A DNA stretch of 64,000 bases from an uncultured Aliarcobacter sp. (GTDB lineage Bacteria; Campylobacterota; Campylobacteria; Campylobacterales; Arcobacteraceae), in the NCBI GenBank assembly GCA_963664305.2, contig CAXXLV010000002.1, forward strand, positions 576,001-640,000. The letters are read 5' to 3'. The position numbers and the translations under genes are program-made. Below the pieces are notes generated by a model. It was not told where the DNA came from. It saw only the letters and a list, made by a program, of their open reading frames with translations, and ran no database searches. Positions 31,130 to 42,170 of this stretch are shown here, in pieces; position 1 is the stretch's first letter, and each line of letters opens with the position of its first letter.

Positions 31130-31807
31130 TTAGAAAAGTTCAATTTCCATTTGAGGTTCAACTTCTTTAGTATCAATACCAAATAAGTCAACACCACCAA
31201 CATATTCTTTGATAACAGGAGCTTTTGTAATCTCTTGTTGTAAATATTTTTCATCAGATAAGATTTTACTATCAGTTTCAGATTTTTGAGTAACTTTGAT
31301 AAATGTTTCAAAATTATCTGCTAATAATATTAATCTACCATGTTCACCACGAGTGTGTTCACTTACTAATTTAAAACCTTCTGATTTACAAAAATCTTTA
31401 GCAAATTCAACATTTCTAAAACCAATAGATTGGCTAGACATGTTTATTTGCATAATATCTGCACCACCAGATATTTTTGCAACCATATTATTTTTACTAC
31501 AACCTAATTTATACATTTCATTAAGCATTGCCTCAACTGAATATAATCCATATTTCATATCATCATTAGTATTGTTTGTTTTTGGTAATAAAAAGTGATT
31601 CATACCTTTTATTTTTGTATTTTTATCATAGAACATGATTGCAACACAAGAACCAAGCAATGTTTTAAATGCTATTTGATCCAAATCACTTCCAACGGCA
31701 AATTCACCACCGATTACTGTATGAGTCAAAAATCCTTTTGTTTTTTGAGTGAATCTAACGGCAGAAGTTTTTTCAATACTTCCATCTTTATGTCCAATAA
31801 CAATCAT
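31130..31807 (-). CDS. cheD: Chemoreceptor glutamine deamidase CheD
   Basis: TLLGSCVA, GMNHFLLP, KISGGA, IGFRN. Confidence 0.95.
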   Translation of the reverse strand: MIVIGHKDGSIEKTSAVRFTQKTKGFLTHTVIGGEFAVGSDLDQIAFKTLLGSCVAIMFYDKNTKIKGMNHFLLPKTNNTNDDMKYGLYSVEAMLNEMYKLGCSKNNMVAKISGGADIMQINMSSQSIGFRNVEFAKDFCKSEGFKLVSEHTRGEHGRLILLADNFETFIKVTQKSETDSKILSDEKYLQQEITKAPVIKEYVGGVDLFGIDTKEVEPQMEIELF

Positions 31808-32649
31808 ATTATTTCCTTCTCTTTAACAAAGATATTTTGCCCAACTCTTTTTACATAATGAACTAAATCTTGAGGATTTTCTGAATGTCCTAAATATAAA
31901 GTACCACCAATTTTAAGATGTTTAAACAACTTTTTTAATATTGAGTTTTGATCTTCAGCTGAAAAATAGATTAGTACATTTCTACAAAAAATTACATCAA
32001 ATTGATTTTTTGCAAAAGGATATGAAGGATCACTTAAATTCATCACATGAAAAGTAATCATTCTTTTTAATTCATCATTAACTTTTATAAGAATTTCTTC
32101 TCCTGAAAGATTTTTCTGAATTCTTCTTTTAAAAAAATTCTGAGGTCTAATCCATGATGGAAACTCTTTTGATGATTTAGAATATCTATAAATTCCATTT
32201 GCTGCATATTGTAAAACATTTGTATCTATATCAGTTGCAATAATTGATGCATTGATATTTTTACCTAACTCTTCACTAGCTTTAAATACTGTCATTGCCA
32301 TAGAATATGGTTCTTCTCCAGTTGAAGAAGCAGAACAATACATATTTATTTTTGTTCCACTATTTGCAAAAGCAGGAAGAACTCTATCTTTTAAATCAAC
32401 AAAATGAAAATCTTCTCTAAAAAAATGAGTTTTATTTGTTGTAAATGAATTGATAAATTCTGTTACATTATTCCCTTGCTCTATAGAATTTAATAATTCC
32501 ATAATATCACCAGAATATTTGCAATTTCTTTTTAATTTATCAATTCTATTTGAAATCATAATATCTTTATTCTCAGAAAGGGTAATTCCAGTTAAAGAAT
32601 AAAGAAGCTTTTTTACTTTATTATGAACATCTTGTGTCGTATATCCCAT
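31804..32649 (-). CDS. cheR: Chemotaxis methyltransferase CheR
   Basis: TTNKTHFFRE, SSTGEEPYS, CRNVLIYF, GHSE. Confidence 0.97.
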   Translation of the reverse strand: MGYTTQDVHNKVKKLLYSLTGITLSENKDIMISNRIDKLKRNCKYSGDIMELLNSIEQGNNVTEFINSFTTNKTHFFREDFHFVDLKDRVLPAFANSGTKINMYCSASSTGEEPYSMAMTVFKASEELGKNINASIIATDIDTNVLQYAANGIYRYSKSSKEFPSWIRPQNFFKRRIQKNLSGEEILIKVNDELKRMITFHVMNLSDPSYPFAKNQFDVIFCRNVLIYFSAEDQNSILKKLFKHLKIGGTLYLGHSENPQDLVHYVKRVGQNIFVKEKEII

Positions 32650-32654
32650 TTATT

Positions 32655-34745
32655 TTAAGAAGCCCTTTTTGCAGCATTCATATCTTTTTCAATTTTGATT
32701 TGTGCATTGATTATTCCAACAACATCCAGAATTAAACCAATACTTCCATCTCCTCTTACAGTTGCAGCTCCAATTCCTTGAACACTTCTAAAGTTTTTAT
32801 CAAGAGGTTTAACAACAACTTGGTGTTGATTTAAGAACTCATCAATTGATAGAGCAACTTTAGTATTTCCTGATTTAACAACAATTAACATTCCATCTTC
32901 TAATTTATCAAAGCTTTTTTCTAAACCAAATAATTGATGTAATTTTACAACAGGAATAAATTCTTCTCTTAACATTAATAAGTCTTGTGTTCCATCACCA
33001 ATTTTTTTAATCATGTCTGAAGTTGGTTGAAGAGATTCAACAATTGAACTTAAAGGTAAAATATATTTTTGATTACCTACTCTAATATCTAATCCATCTA
33101 GAATTGCAAGAGTTAAAGGTAACATAATAGTGATAGTTGTACCCTCACCTAAATGTGTATCAAGTTTAATCGCTCCACCTAATTTATGTATATTAGTTTT
33201 TACAACATCCATTCCAACACCACGACCTGAAATATCAGTAATTTGATCAGCTGTTGAAACTCCTGCTCCAAAGATTAATAAAGCTTTCTCATTTTCAGTC
33301 ATAGTGTTATATTGATTTTCATCAATTTGACCTTGTTCAAGAGCTTTTTGTGCAACTTTTTCTGAATTAATTCCTTTACCATCATCTTCAATAGTAATAA
33401 TCATTTGTCCATTTGCTTGTTCTGCTGAAATACTTATAGAACCAACTTCTGGTTTTCCAGTTTTTTCTCTTTCCGCAGGTGTTTCAATACCATGATCTAA
33501 AGAGTTTCTAATAATATGCATTAAAGGATCAGTTAATCCCTCAATCATAGCTTTATCAATTTCAACATTATCTCCATAATGTTTAAATTCTACTTTTTTA
33601 CCAAGTTTTTTAGAAATATCTCTTACAACTTTAGGGAATTTTGAGTAAATCGAATCCATAGGAACCATTCTGATACTCATAATAGAATCTTGCATATCTC
33701 TAATATGTCTTTCTAATAATTCAAGTCTTTCTAAAACAGAATTTCTTGTTTTTGTTTCGTCAATTGTTGATGAAAATTGTGTTAGCATTGCATTTGTAAT
33801 AACTAAATCTCCAACATTATTCATTAATAAATCAATTTTATCTAGATTTACTCTAATACTGTTATTATTGTTTGATACTGATTTTTTTGCACCTGCATCT
33901 TCATTATCTTCAGCTGCTACTGCTTTAGATTTTCTTGCTACTGGTGTAGATTTTTCAACAACTTCTTCTTTTTCAATAGTTGGAACAACTTTTTCTTCAA
34001 TGTCATTTGTTTGCATCACAGAATCAGGAGTTATATTTGGCATTTCATCAAAGAAACCAAAATTTTCTTTATCATCATTTGATATTTTAAAGTCACTATC
34101 TTTTGTATTTTTAGAAATTGTTTCTAAATCATCATCATAAAAACCTATATTTTCATGAACTGCATCAATATCATCATCTGCAAAAATTCCATAAGGTTTA
34201 TTTTTTGTATCCCTTTGTTCATTTAAATCATCATCAAAAAATCCAAAACTATCACTGTCTAATGTAGTAACTTCAACTTTTTCTACAACTTTTGGTTTTT
34301 CAACTTTTTCTACAACAACAGGTTCTACTTCTTTTTTTACAGCTGTTCCATTTGAATAAGATCTAATCTCTTCTAATAATGAGCTAGTCATTTGAGTGAA
34401 TGTATCTCTATCTAATTTATCTGCTACTTCAAGATCTAAAATCTCTTTCATAACATCAAGACCATCAATTAATGTTTCTGCCATTTCTGGAATAAATTCA
34501 ATTTTATGATTTCTCAATTTATCCATTAAGTTTTCAACATCATGTGTAAACTCAGCAAATAGAGCTAATTCAACAGATGCACCACTACCTTTTAAAGTAT
34601 GTACATCTCTAAAAAGTTGCCCCATCTCTTCATCTGTTAAAGTTCCATTATTCTCAGCTTCTAAAAGAACATTATCCGCTGATTCAAAAAGTTCAACAGC
34701 TTCTTCAAGAAACATTTCCCTATATTTAGAAATATCAAACGACAT
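32655..34745 (-). CDS. cheA: Chemotaxis histidine kinase CheA
   Basis: Hpt HTLKG, IRNSLDHGIE, SGRGVGMDVV, C-terminal CheW-like domain; no fused receiver. Confidence 0.97.
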   Translation of the reverse strand: MSFDISKYREMFLEEAVELFESADNVLLEAENNGTLTDEEMGQLFRDVHTLKGSGASVELALFAEFTHDVENLMDKLRNHKIEFIPEMAETLIDGLDVMKEILDLEVADKLDRDTFTQMTSSLLEEIRSYSNGTAVKKEVEPVVVEKVEKPKVVEKVEVTTLDSDSFGFFDDDLNEQRDTKNKPYGIFADDDIDAVHENIGFYDDDLETISKNTKDSDFKISNDDKENFGFFDEMPNITPDSVMQTNDIEEKVVPTIEKEEVVEKSTPVARKSKAVAAEDNEDAGAKKSVSNNNNSIRVNLDKIDLLMNNVGDLVITNAMLTQFSSTIDETKTRNSVLERLELLERHIRDMQDSIMSIRMVPMDSIYSKFPKVVRDISKKLGKKVEFKHYGDNVEIDKAMIEGLTDPLMHIIRNSLDHGIETPAEREKTGKPEVGSISISAEQANGQMIITIEDDGKGINSEKVAQKALEQGQIDENQYNTMTENEKALLIFGAGVSTADQITDISGRGVGMDVVKTNIHKLGGAIKLDTHLGEGTTITIMLPLTLAILDGLDIRVGNQKYILPLSSIVESLQPTSDMIKKIGDGTQDLLMLREEFIPVVKLHQLFGLEKSFDKLEDGMLIVVKSGNTKVALSIDEFLNQHQVVVKPLDKNFRSVQGIGAATVRGDGSIGLILDVVGIINAQIKIEKDMNAAKRAS

Positions 34746-34758
34746 GAAAGCTCCTTTT

Positions 34759-35127
34759 TTATCTACTTAATACTATATTAACTGCTTTTAATAACTGGTC
34801 TGGTACAAATGGTTTTACAATCCATCCTGTAGCTCCTGCAGCTTTACCTTTCGCCTTCATTTCATCACTTCTTTCAGTTGTAAGAACAAGAATTGGTTTT
34901 TTTGTATATTGTGGTATTTTTCTTAATTCACCAATTAATGTTAGACCATCCATATTTGGCATATTTACGTCTGTGATAATTAAATCAAAATCTGTAGCTT
35001 TTGCTTTTGCTAAACCATCAACACCATCAACGGCTTCAGTTACATCCGTATAACCACCCTCATTTAATGCATAGTTTAGCATATCTCTTAGCATTGTAGA
35101 ATCGTCTACGATTAAAAGCTTAGCCAT
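34759..35127 (-). CDS. cheY: Chemotaxis response regulator CheY
   Basis: VDDS, TDVNMPNMDG, GATGWIVKPF. Confidence 0.93.
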   Translation of the reverse strand: MAKLLIVDDSTMLRDMLNYALNEGGYTDVTEAVDGVDGLAKAKATDFDLIITDVNMPNMDGLTLIGELRKIPQYTKKPILVLTTERSDEMKAKGKAAGATGWIVKPFVPDQLLKAVNIVLSR

Positions 35128-35273
35128 ATTAGAACCCCTTAAGTTTACTTATAAAAAATTATTTTAACTATACTAACGTAAGAAATATTAATTTAGGATT
35201 AGAATTTATTATAAATTTATTATATTGATATAAAATTTGCTTAAATGGTCATATTTAGGGGATTTTAGTAGGT

Positions 35274-35301
35274 AAATTAATCCTTTATAAAGGATTAATT
35301 T
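35274..35301. terminator. Perfect 28-bp palindrome at the pnp 3' end
   Basis: AAATTAATCCTTTATAAAGGATTAATTT overlapping the pnp stop. Confidence 0.6.
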
Positions 35302-37469
35302 GAAGATAATTCTATTCTATCTTTTTTAACTTTTAAAACTTTTACTTCGATATCTTGTCCAACAGATAAAACATCTGAAATGTTATTTACTCTCTCTTTA
35401 GAAATTTTTGAAATATGTAAAAGACCTTCACCACCTTTTGGTAAAAGTATAAATGCACCAAAATCAACTAATCTTTCAACTTTACCAGTTACAATTTCAT
35501 CAACTTGATATAATTTTTCAAAATCAACATTTTTTGGAGCTTCTTTTCTTGAAGGAGCATTATTTGAAATAGTTTTAATATGTTCACAAGCATCTAAAAC
35601 ATTTTGTTTATTTTCTCCACTTACTTTTACTGTTCCACTATCTCTATCTAAATCAATTGAAACAGTGAATTTTTCAATAATTTCTTTGATTGTAGCACCT
35701 GCTTTTCCAATAATAACCATTATTTTACTTGGGTCAATTGCAAATTGTTCAACTAAAGGTAAAGCTTCACTTGGAACTATTTCATTTGCTGCTTCATTCA
35801 TAAGTCCTAAAATATGCTCTCTACCCTCTTTTGCTTGCAATAATGCTTCTTTTAAAACTGATAATTCAATTCCACCAAGTTTAATATCCATTTGTAAAGC
35901 AGTGATTCCTTTATTTGTTCCTGCAACTTTAAAATCCATATCTCCATCATGGTCTTCAAGTCCCATAATATCTGTTAAGATTGAATATTTACCATCTTCT
36001 ACAACCATTCCCATAGCAACACCTGCAACTAAATCAGAAATAGGAACACCTGCTGCTTTAAGTGCTAAAGAACCTCCACAAACTGTAGCCATTGAAGAAG
36101 AACCATTTGATTCAAGAATTTCAGAAACTAATCTTACAGTTTCATTGTAATCATCATCAATTGTAGCTTCAAGTGCTTTTTTAGCTAAGTTACCATGTCC
36201 CAATTCTCGTCTTCCTACACCAAACATAGGTTTAGCTTCACCAACAGAGAATCCTGGAAAGTTATAATGAACCATAAATCTTTCCATTGAAGTTGATTTA
36301 TCAGTTAAAACTTCATACATTTGTCCATCTTTAGGTCCTGCAATTGTACCTATAACTAATGCTTGTGTTTCACCTCTTGTAAATAAACAAGAAGAGTGAG
36401 TTGATGGTAAAATATTTGTTTCAATAGTAATTGGTCTAACATCTTTTAAACCTCTACCATCAGCTCTTACTTTATCATTTACAATCATTGCTCTTACAAT
36501 TTCTCTTTTTACAATTGAAACTGCTTCATAAATAGTGTTAAATTCTAATTCATTAGTAATACAATATTCATTTTTAGAAATCATTTTAGCAACATCTTTT
36601 AATTGAGTTGCTCTTTCACTTTTTGCAAGTTTTTTAATAGCTTCTTTTATGTCATTTGAAAAATTATCTCTAACATAATTTATTACAGACTCTTCAATAG
36701 TAAATTTAACTAATTCAACTTCAATTTTTTCTTTGCTTGAAGATTCAAAACCTTTTTCATAAGTTAAATTAGCCTCTTTTAAAGCATTTTGTGCAAATGC
36801 AATTGCTTCAACTAAAACATCTTCATCCATCTCATTTGAATTATGAATTTTAGTAAATGCTTCAATATCAACTTCAACCAATTCACTAGAAGAGATAGTT
36901 TTCATTTCAATCATTAATAATTCATCTTTAGATCCAGCAACATATAAATCTAAAACAGAATTTTCTAATTCAGCTGGAGTTGGATTAATAACTAAGTTAT
37001 TTTCTATTTTTGCAACTCTAACACCACAAACTGATTTTTTAATTGGTAAATTAGATGTGTATAAAGCAGCATTTGCAGCATTTAATGCTAAAGTTTGTAA
37101 ATCAACATCTTTGTCTGCGCTTAAAACCATAACTGTAATTGTTGTAGGATAAACATAACCTTTTGGGAAAAGTGGTCTTAAACTTCTATCAATTACTCTT
37201 GATGTTAAAGTTTCAAAATCGCTTGGTTTTCCTTCTCTTTTTATAAAACCACCAGGTAATTTTGCAGCTGCATAAGTTTTTTCTATATATTGAACTGTTA
37301 AAGGAGTAAAATCTTCACTAACAGGATTATCGAATTCACTTACAACAGTTGCTAATACTACTGCATTCCCTATTTTTGCTAAAACTGAACCATTTGCTTG
37401 TTTAGCTACTTTCTCAAATTCAAAAATCTCTTGTTTTCCATTTAATTCAAATTCACACACTGTTGCCAT
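35295..37469 (-). CDS. pnp: Polynucleotide phosphorylase
   Basis: IDRSLRPLF, RGETQ, SNGSSSMA, DMDFKVAG, KH and S1 domains. Confidence 0.98.
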   Translation of the reverse strand: MATVCEFELNGKQEIFEFEKVAKQANGSVLAKIGNAVVLATVVSEFDNPVSEDFTPLTVQYIEKTYAAAKLPGGFIKREGKPSDFETLTSRVIDRSLRPLFPKGYVYPTTITVMVLSADKDVDLQTLALNAANAALYTSNLPIKKSVCGVRVAKIENNLVINPTPAELENSVLDLYVAGSKDELLMIEMKTISSSELVEVDIEAFTKIHNSNEMDEDVLVEAIAFAQNALKEANLTYEKGFESSSKEKIEVELVKFTIEESVINYVRDNFSNDIKEAIKKLAKSERATQLKDVAKMISKNEYCITNELEFNTIYEAVSIVKREIVRAMIVNDKVRADGRGLKDVRPITIETNILPSTHSSCLFTRGETQALVIGTIAGPKDGQMYEVLTDKSTSMERFMVHYNFPGFSVGEAKPMFGVGRRELGHGNLAKKALEATIDDDYNETVRLVSEILESNGSSSMATVCGGSLALKAAGVPISDLVAGVAMGMVVEDGKYSILTDIMGLEDHDGDMDFKVAGTNKGITALQMDIKLGGIELSVLKEALLQAKEGREHILGLMNEAANEIVPSEALPLVEQFAIDPSKIMVIIGKAGATIKEIIEKFTVSIDLDRDSGTVKVSGENKQNVLDACEHIKTISNNAPSRKEAPKNVDFEKLYQVDEIVTGKVERLVDFGAFILLPKGGEGLLHISKISKERVNNISDVLSVGQDIEVKVLKVKKDRIELSSN

Positions 37470-37475
37470 AATTTT

Positions 37476-38126
37476 TTATCCTTTATTTATTTTCTCTATA
37501 TCTTCAAAACTAAGTTCTTCCAAACTATCATAATAAAAATCTATCTCTACAAAATGATCTAATTTTTTTATAAAATATAAATCATCAGCAATAGATTCAA
37601 TTGTTGGAATACTAGCTGTTGGTAAAATTGGAGTAGCTACTGAAATAGATTTTGCTTTTAGATTAATTGCAGTTTTAATACAAGCCATCATTGTAAGACC
37701 TGTATTAATTCCCTCATCAACTATTAAAACATTTTTATCTTCTAATTTTTCAATTCTCTCACCATGTCTAAATCTATTAACTTTTTTTACAATAGATTCT
37801 TCAAAAACTTGTTTAGATTTTGAATAAATGTAATCTAAACTGATATCAAATGATTTTACTAACTCCTCATGTATTAATACTTCTTCGTGCTCAGTAACAA
37901 CTGCAATTTCACACTCTTCATTATTTGGAGCATATATTTTTTCTGAAAACATAATATCAAATTTTCCATTTAATGTTTTTGCAATTATTTTAGCAATTTC
38001 AAATCCACCATAAGAACTTGAAATTACTGTCCAATCTTCTAACTTCATACTATCAATAGGTAAGATATCTAAAAGTCTATAAGCTGCAACTTCCCTATTT
38101 TTAAAATATACTTTATCGGAATTCAT
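37476..38126 (-). CDS. Phosphoribosyltransferase family protein
   Basis: VLIVDEGINTGLT PRPP-binding-like motif. Confidence 0.85.
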   Translation of the reverse strand: MNSDKVYFKNREVAAYRLLDILPIDSMKLEDWTVISSSYGGFEIAKIIAKTLNGKFDIMFSEKIYAPNNEECEIAVVTEHEEVLIHEELVKSFDISLDYIYSKSKQVFEESIVKKVNRFRHGERIEKLEDKNVLIVDEGINTGLTMMACIKTAINLKAKSISVATPILPTASIPTIESIADDLYFIKKLDHFVEIDFYYDSLEELSFEDIEKINKG

Positions 38127-40249
38127 TAGTTGTCATTTTCCATTCTATATTTTTGTTTTATTCCACCTAATGGTTTTAATAATAGAGTCATAGTTATTAA
38201 TTTTTGCTCAACACTATCTTTATTAGTTGAAGATGAAGGTATAATTTCATTTTCTAATCTTAAGTCTAAATTCCAACAATTATCATTTATATTAAAACTC
38301 ATTCCTTGTCTATTTCTAATTTTTTCTAAAAGATTATAATTTTCATAATAACTAATACTGTAATCTTTTGATATTTTATATGAAGTACTAACTCTATATG
38401 ATTCTAAATCTTCTTTATCAGTATTTGGAGTCTCTTTTGATTTATAGTATCCTAAAGTAAATGATAAATTGTCAAAAACTAAAGTATTATTAAATGTATC
38501 CTCTACAAATTGTTCATCTTGCATGTTATAAACAATTCTTCCTGATACATAACCATAATCATGATTTACTTTTACATAATTTTCTAAATTTTGTAATTTT
38601 GGATTATCTAATTCATCATAAAGTATAGATTGTGACATTTTATGATTAATAAATTGTTTTAAATTATCTTTCAAATATAAAGATTGATTTAGTGTTAAAT
38701 TAATATTTTTTTCTTCTTGAATAATAGGAAATGCTTTTAATTCTTCTTCTTTCGTTGAACCACTTACAGTTGTAATTTTATATAAATCACCTTCTTCTTT
38801 TAAATTTTTAGGCACTACATATTCAGCTCCTAAATTTATAGTATGTAAATAGTTTTCATAAGGTTTAATTAAATCGCTTCCAATTAAAACTGAAGTTCTA
38901 TTTTGAATTAAATTACCATCTTCATAAAATGTATTTTCAAAATTATTATAATCATATTTACTAACTATTGTTTTATTTTCAACAGTTAAGTACATAAAAT
39001 CATCTAAAAAATATTTTGTATAACTAATAGGAACACTTATTTCATAAATAGTTGCATTTAAACCTTCTGGTCTAGTATAATTCATTACTTTTGTATCTAA
39101 AGAATAAACTAAATTATCAAGAAATGCTTCTTTATTATATGAGTGAAAATGTACTTGTGGTAATTCTTGTAAAGTCCCACTATTGCTATCTGTTGAAGTA
39201 TCTATATAATATCTTGAATAAGCACCTGTATAATAATCAGGTGTGTTATAAAAGTAATTAATTTTTGATTCAACTTTTTTATCAGTTGATACTGAATAAT
39301 TTGATTCTTCTAATGTTAAGTATTCAACATCATTTAGATATTTTATAGCTGTATATAATCCATCAGTAGATTCTGAAGTTTCAGAATTTGCAAATATATT
39401 TCTTCTGCTATAATCAACATCTAATCCAAAATGTTCTTTATGTTCTAAAAGATTTTCTTCTCTATAATCATCATTTTCTACAAAAACACCAGATTTTATT
39501 TTTAAAAGGGAATCAGGAGAATCAGCATATCTATAATATCCATAAATTCCTTTTCCTCTTGCTGTTCTAATTTGAGGAATTAATTCTAAATCATAGTTTT
39601 GAGCAGGTGCAAAATATATTGGTTGAGCATAATAAAAACCTTCTCCTTCAGAAATTCCTAAAGTTGGAAGCAATAAACCTGTTCGTCTTGTTGTATCTGT
39701 AGGAAAACCAATATAAGGGCTATAAAATACAGGAACATCTTTTATATATAATCTTGGATTATAAGCATTCATCCATTTATTTTCTGTATCATAATCAGCA
39801 CTTGATGTTCGAATACTCCAAACAGGATCTAAACAATCACAAGAAGAAATTATCGAACTATCTAATTTTACTATCTCTTTTTCTTTATTTGACTCTTTTG
39901 AGTTAACCCAAATATTGTTACTATTTTCAAATAGAAACAGAGGATATTGATTTGATATATCATTTTTTAAATCTACAAAAGCATGTTCACTTTGTGTTTG
40001 AATATTATTATCTTTTATAATTAAAACATTATCAAATAATTCAAAAGTCTCTTTTTCTTTATCAAATACAATTTTATTTGCACTTAAATAATATGTGGGA
40101 GAATAGATTACAACATTTCCTGTTGCAGTTATAATATTATCTTTAGCATCAATATTTTGGGCAATTAATTGGAATTTTTCATTATTTATTTCTTGACCTT
40201 GCAGTAATGCAGAAGTAATTAGTAGTGAACCTATTATCTTTTTATACAT
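38126..40249 (-). CDS. lptD: LPS-assembly protein LptD
   Basis: SSCDC, PVFYSPY, RRTGLLLP, NCW; conserved purD-RDD-lptD-PRT-pnp order. Confidence 0.88.
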   Translation of the reverse strand: MYKKIIGSLLITSALLQGQEINNEKFQLIAQNIDAKDNIITATGNVVIYSPTYYLSANKIVFDKEKETFELFDNVLIIKDNNIQTQSEHAFVDLKNDISNQYPLFLFENSNNIWVNSKESNKEKEIVKLDSSIISSCDCLDPVWSIRTSSADYDTENKWMNAYNPRLYIKDVPVFYSPYIGFPTDTTRRTGLLLPTLGISEGEGFYYAQPIYFAPAQNYDLELIPQIRTARGKGIYGYYRYADSPDSLLKIKSGVFVENDDYREENLLEHKEHFGLDVDYSRRNIFANSETSESTDGLYTAIKYLNDVEYLTLEESNYSVSTDKKVESKINYFYNTPDYYTGAYSRYYIDTSTDSNSGTLQELPQVHFHSYNKEAFLDNLVYSLDTKVMNYTRPEGLNATIYEISVPISYTKYFLDDFMYLTVENKTIVSKYDYNNFENTFYEDGNLIQNRTSVLIGSDLIKPYENYLHTINLGAEYVVPKNLKEEGDLYKITTVSGSTKEEELKAFPIIQEEKNINLTLNQSLYLKDNLKQFINHKMSQSILYDELDNPKLQNLENYVKVNHDYGYVSGRIVYNMQDEQFVEDTFNNTLVFDNLSFTLGYYKSKETPNTDKEDLESYRVSTSYKISKDYSISYYENYNLLEKIRNRQGMSFNINDNCWNLDLRLENEIIPSSSTNKDSVEQKLITMTLLLKPLGGIKQKYRMENDN

Positions 40250-40679
40250 TTACTACCAACGTTTTACCAGTAATATCATGAAATGTTTTTCTTCCATCAT
40301 TAAAAAAACCAATTAAAAATCCAACATAAAAAAACATTTCAGAAAATATTCTTCCTACTGCTCTTAAAAAAGAAGAAAATACACTAACTCTTCCCCAATG
40401 ATTTGCATCAATTACTCTTATTTTAGCCACGATTTTACCTATTGTTGCACCATAATACCAAACAAAAAAAGTATGATAAATTACTTTTAGGAAAATTAAT
40501 GGCATTACTAATTCAGCTTTCATAAGATACATTAATGCATCTGCATCATCACTTAGTGCATAAATTTTTTCCCAAAATATAATCATAATGATTAACGTAA
40601 CAAGTAAATCATCTATTACATAAGCAAATGCACGAGAACGCATTGATGCTAATTGAAGATTATTTGTATTATTTTGCAT
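40242..40679 (-). CDS. RDD family membrane protein
   Basis: RAFAYVIDD, GATIGK, FHDITGKTLVV. Confidence 0.92.
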   Translation of the reverse strand: MQNNTNNLQLASMRSRAFAYVIDDLLVTLIIMIIFWEKIYALSDDADALMYLMKAELVMPLIFLKVIYHTFFVWYYGATIGKIVAKIRVIDANHWGRVSVFSSFLRAVGRIFSEMFFYVGFLIGFFNDGRKTFHDITGKTLVVNV

Positions 40680-40687
40680 TTAAAGAA

Positions 40688-41953
40688 TTACTTTAATGCT
40701 TGATAAGCAATATCTGTTCTACATTTTTTACCTGCAAAATGTACTTGTCCACATAAAGCATAAGCTCTATCTCTTGCTTCTTTTATTGATTTACCAAATC
40801 CAACACAAACAAGTACTCTTCCACCAGTTGCCATTAATTTATCATCAATTTTTTCAACACCTGCATAAGAGATATGAGAATTTTGAAGTAAATCTTCATC
40901 AACTATTTCATCAACAATAATTTCAGCTGGTGTACTTGAACCATATGGATAATTTCCACTTGCCATTACAACACCTACACCAAACTCATCTTTTATTTTA
41001 ATATCTAATTTATCAAGTTGTTTAGTTGCACCTTTATAAAATAATTCAGATACAGGAGTAGCTAAAAGTGGCATTAAAATTTCACACTCAGGATCTCCAA
41101 ATCTTACATTATATTCTAAAATAATTGGCTCACCTTTTACTACCATTACTCCAATAAAAAGTACACCTTCAAAAGGTGCACCTTCATTTTGCATCCCTTT
41201 TAAAGTAGGTTTGATTACTCTTTCTTCAATTTTTTTATAAATTTCATCATTTACTAAAGGAGTTGGAGCATATGCACCCATTCCACCAGTATTTGGACCA
41301 GTATCTCCATCACCTATTCTTTTATGATCTTGAGCAGCTGGTAAAACTTTATAGTTTTCTCCATCGCAAATTGCAAATACTGATAATTCATACCCATCTA
41401 AATACTCTTCTACAACAATAGAAGTTCCAGCGTCACCAAAAGCTGCTCCACTTAACATTTCACTTGCAGCTTGTTTTGCTTCATCTTTTGTTTGTGCAAT
41501 AATTACACCTTTACCTGCGCATAAACCATCTGCTTTTACAACAATTGGTTCATTCATTGTATCTATAAAATCAAAAGCTTCTTTTTCATCAGAAGTTTCT
41601 ATAAATGCTGCTGTTGGTATGTTATATTTTTTAAGTATATTTTTCATATACACTTTTGAACCTTCAAGTTGAGCAGCTGCTGCACTTGGTCCAAAAATAG
41701 TTAAACCATTTTCTTTAAATATATCAACAACACCATCTACTAAAGGAGCCTCTGGTCCTACAATAGTTAAATCAATAGAATTATCTTTTGCCCATACTGC
41801 TAGTTGATTATAATCTTTTATATTTATGTTTGTACCTAATCTATCAGTTGCACCATTTCCTGGCATAAAATATAGGTTATGAGCATTTTCTTTGTATATT
41901 GCTAATCCAATAGAGTATTCTCTACCACCACTTCCTAGTATCAATATATTCAC
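40688..41953 (-). CDS. purD: Phosphoribosylamine--glycine ligase
   Basis: [31 protein letters not shown]. Confidence 0.98.
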   Translation of the reverse strand: MNILILGSGGREYSIGLAIYKENAHNLYFMPGNGATDRLGTNINIKDYNQLAVWAKDNSIDLTIVGPEAPLVDGVVDIFKENGLTIFGPSAAAAQLEGSKVYMKNILKKYNIPTAAFIETSDEKEAFDFIDTMNEPIVVKADGLCAGKGVIIAQTKDEAKQAASEMLSGAAFGDAGTSIVVEEYLDGYELSVFAICDGENYKVLPAAQDHKRIGDGDTGPNTGGMGAYAPTPLVNDEIYKKIEERVIKPTLKGMQNEGAPFEGVLFIGVMVVKGEPIILEYNVRFGDPECEILMPLLATPVSELFYKGATKQLDKLDIKIKDEFGVGVVMASGNYPYGSSTPAEIIVDEIVDEDLLQNSHISYAGVEKIDDKLMATGGRVLVCVGFGKSIKEARDRAYALCGQVHFAGKKCRTDIAYQALK

Positions 41954-41980
41954 GATAATTCCTTGTAATGTTTTTAATCA

Positions 41981-42166
41981 AATAAGATACCCAAGTAGTC
42001 GTTAACCATCAAATGGCCCACATAAGCCACAAATTGCAGGCAAGTGCAGATTTTAGGAGCGAGAACGCAATGAATCGCTGCACACCATCTGACTACAACT
42101 GCCCGCGAAAATTATTTATTCGGACCCACAACAATGGAAATCTCGAACTACTTAGATTGTCTTATT
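41981..42166 (-). ncRNA. ssrS: 6S RNA (purD-upstream RNA of Campylobacterota)
   Basis: ~186-nt GC-enriched intergenic segment whose ends base-pair (AAUAAGA/UCUUAUU, UCUAAGUAGU/ACUACUUGGG; G-U pairs favour the minus strand); CATAAT -10 just upstream; known location upstream of purD. Confidence 0.85.
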
Positions 42167-42170
42167 TTAT

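Noticed and set aside
31093..31311. 72-aa same-strand ORF overlapping cheD/cheB
   Set aside because: Alternate frame of cheD with no RBS or recognisable motif.
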